Shown here piece by piece: positions 61,398 through 64,000 of a DNA stretch of 64,000 nucleotides. Every line of letters starts with the position of its first letter. Position 1 is the stretch's first letter. The position numbers were made by a program, and so were the translations under genes. This DNA is from Marsupella aquatica (taxonomy: Eukaryota > Plantae > Marchantiophyta), in assembly GCA_973895155.1 (NCBI GenBank), contig OZ316899.1, forward strand, positions 14,263,934-14,327,933, written 5' to 3'. The notes under the pieces are model-generated. The model was not told where the DNA came from. It was given only the letters and a program-made list of their open reading frames with translations, and did no database searches.

Positions 61398-64000
61398 ACT
61401 ACTACTGCTACTACTACTAAGTCTACTACTACTGACTAGGGCTACTGACTGAAACTTATGTTTTTAGTAATACAGTTTGGCACCCGATATTTCACTTGCG
61501 TGGGCTGCCCGGGTCAGGTGGTCGGATTTGCTCTCCTCATTTCGTTCCTCATCACGAGCTTTCACAGAAATACAAACACTTGCAAAATTCTCTTCATTCT
61601 AATTACAAGGTTGGAAAACAAGCTGCGTAACCAAATGTTGAACTATCTGATTATCACATTGTGTGTGAACCTTGAAAATAGCAACTAATGGTAGAAAAGC
61701 CTATAGGTACCAATCTCCTTGCGTCCCGGAAACAATTGTAACTACAAACAAAATGAGGCATAATTAAAATGGGAGGATTTGATAGTCCAACTGATTTGAT
61801 GGTCCGGCTTGGCATGTGAGCAAGGAATTGAAACATTGGACCCCCTAAGGTGGCACTGAAACACACATTGATAAACCCAGGCCGGAGTCCTTTTAGGTGC
61901 AAGGTAAAGTTCAGACCCCCTGTTTTTGGGGATTCGATTTTGGGTACCGGTGTTCAATATCGGGCGGGCGGGGACCAGAGGCATTCGGGTGACCCAAAGG
62001 AGTCCGAGAACGTGTAGGGGTTTGAGATGCCCTACACTAATACCTGCGGCCTGAGCTAAGCCAGCGATGTAATCCCAACCTAATCCTAGCCAGTGTCGCC
62101 CGGACGCTGGTGCTTCCATCTTCCGTGAATCCCGCCGCGTAATGCTTGGCATGCTTGCTAGTCCCACTCCAAACTAGATCCGGACCGCTAGTCCTGATGA
62201 CCCCGCAGACGATCATTGTCCTCCCATAGGACCCGGATCTGGTGGTTCAAGGAGTCAAACTCCCGCTTCATGATGTCCACCTCCTCCGCCGCATCCTCAA
62301 ACTGAGGCATCCTCCAAGTCATGGATGTTACTTGTCAGCATGTCTGCTAGCTGGCCTTGCTCGCTGACCTCTCTCGTAAGGCAATCAACCTCGGGCTTGA
62401 GAGCGTCGACCCCTGTCCTGGCTTCTTGCTGGATCATGCCCGTCTACCATGTGTGCTCCCAACCCTCTAGGTTGTAGATCTGCTTCCGAAGATGAGCTTT
62501 CTCCTCATCCTTGTCCGTGGTCGTGATGAATGAGCAAGCCACATACTCATTTATTTTGTTGATGGCCTCTTTTACATGTGCTTTGATCGCCTCGATAGTC
62601 TCAGTGTAGCGTCGGTCTTCTGTATCCTCCCACTGATATTAGCAAGCCTGGTACTCGGCTTTGGTGGCAGTGAAGATGTCCCTCAAGGATACCATCCTTT
62701 TTCATTGTCAAGAGCAAACCCATCTCGAGGCAAACATTCCTGGCAATGTTTCCCAGCAAGTCGATGAGAAACTTTCCGGGAATTGCCTGTTCCTCCTGAC
62801 GGTGAACTTGGCCCTGCAAATCTTGCCTTTGTCACCCGGATAGGCTTGCCAAGGTCTGGTCAACTATGGTGGTGAGAAACCGGCCTGCTCCGGGGTCATG
62901 GCAACGGGGGAAGAGTGCTTGGCTTCAAGGGCCGGCTCTGGATCCATGGTTGTTACATCCCAAATCCCGAATGCTCGTACAACCGCCGCATTGGTGGGGG
63001 GATGACCTCATTCTGTTGAATTTCCCCGCTCTCAACATCATCGTTGGTTGGCTGAACCCCACCCTCTGAACCAGTCGTCTCTGACTCCGCCTGATTCTGA
63101 ATAGTCTTCTTGCTCTCTTCTTGGACTTTTCCCTTCTCTCCATCATCCTCGTTTCCTGACTCATATACATAAATTGTTTCATGGGACTTTTTCTCTCCGG
63201 AGGCGGGCTCGTCATCCTCCTCCTCATGATCATTGACAATCCTAATCATCTCCTTTCCACCAGCTTCTTTCTTCTTTGGGTGCATTTAGTCATGGATTAC
63301 TGGATGCCCTTGAATCCATTCCTCCACCTTTGTCTCTCATTGAAAATTTTCATGAACACAACATTTGGAGAAATAGTCATCTTTCTCCTCTAGTCATCGT
63401 CTGGGATCTTCATCCGCATTATGTGATCCACCTCTCGTGTTCGAGAGATAAAATATTCCGACTGCTTCATGACATAGGAGACACGTCCAAGACCCAAAAT
63501 AATTTCATCTGCCTTAAAGACCTGATCAGGTGACAGCCATCTATTCGTCAAAGGATCAAAGAAACCGCAGTAGACAACATTTGTGTCCTTATTTGTAATG
63601 TTCCAGACAATGTGCTGAGCAGAACCCATGAAGTGGAGCAACCAACCATCTGCTTGAAATTCCTTTGGGGATGCAAATCTTGTACAGTCCCCGATAGTGC
63701 CAAAACTCACAAAGTTTCTTCATCCATTCTCTGTTTGAACTCCCCTGATAATCAAACAATAGTTACCTTCAACAGACCACGAATTCATAGTCGACAAAAT
63801 ATTCTCAAGTTTGGCCACCATTGGAATTTCAATCCGAAGCCTGTCAAAATGAAAATAAACGTATCGAAATCCTAGAGGACAAAGAGAAATATGTCAAAAC
63901 ATGTGCACGAGACTCACCGTAGAAAATAAACGGGGCCGACAAATCGTATTCATTATTAACAAAATGATGTCAAAACATCCTTTACAAAATGGCCTTTAGC
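61398..64000 (-). mobile_element. Degenerate coding LTR-like element (acidic / coiled-coil ORF remnants); probable host of the helicase element, left remnant about 55138-55430
   Basis: Minus-strand broken ORFs 63390-63710 and 62953-63285, followed by coiled-coil-like remnants. Has a CTA tract downstream of the ORF, as in element D (22056-22067). Confidence 0.45.

Overview
Repeat-dense plant nuclear DNA (TTTAGGG-type telomeric motifs, Bianca-type Ty1/copia, spliceosomal introns; possibly a seed-free land plant, not provable from this window). I found no intact host gene. The window is a nested stack of mobile elements, most with readable boundaries and TSDs. (1) A degenerate Ty1/copia (8290-49867) is split by (2) a TGT..ACA-bounded, protein-coding solo-LTR-like element (10903-48939, TSD TGAGG). 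That is split by (3) a 32-kb TIR DNA transposon (11685-43689, about 12.6 kb without nested inserts). Element 3 encodes a Sola-like DDD transposase, a divergent ParB/Srx-like + N4C/N6A-methyltransferase-like gene and an FCP1/HAD phosphatase-like gene, and it carries arrays of a 25-bp palindrome. (4) Inside it sit two young full-length Bianca-type copias, a non-autonomous Bianca-type element and another coding LTR-like element. Separately, a 6-kb element (55431-61397) carries a decayed Zn-finger / tyrosine-recombinase-like / RecQ-helicase ORF resembling fungal telomere-linked helicases. It lies in a (CTA)n tract with a CCCT direct repeat at both ends. LINE fragments, a pogo/Tc1-like remnant and an 8-bp-TSD MITE family complete the picture. 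Family calls come from motif recognition by eye; no searches were run.
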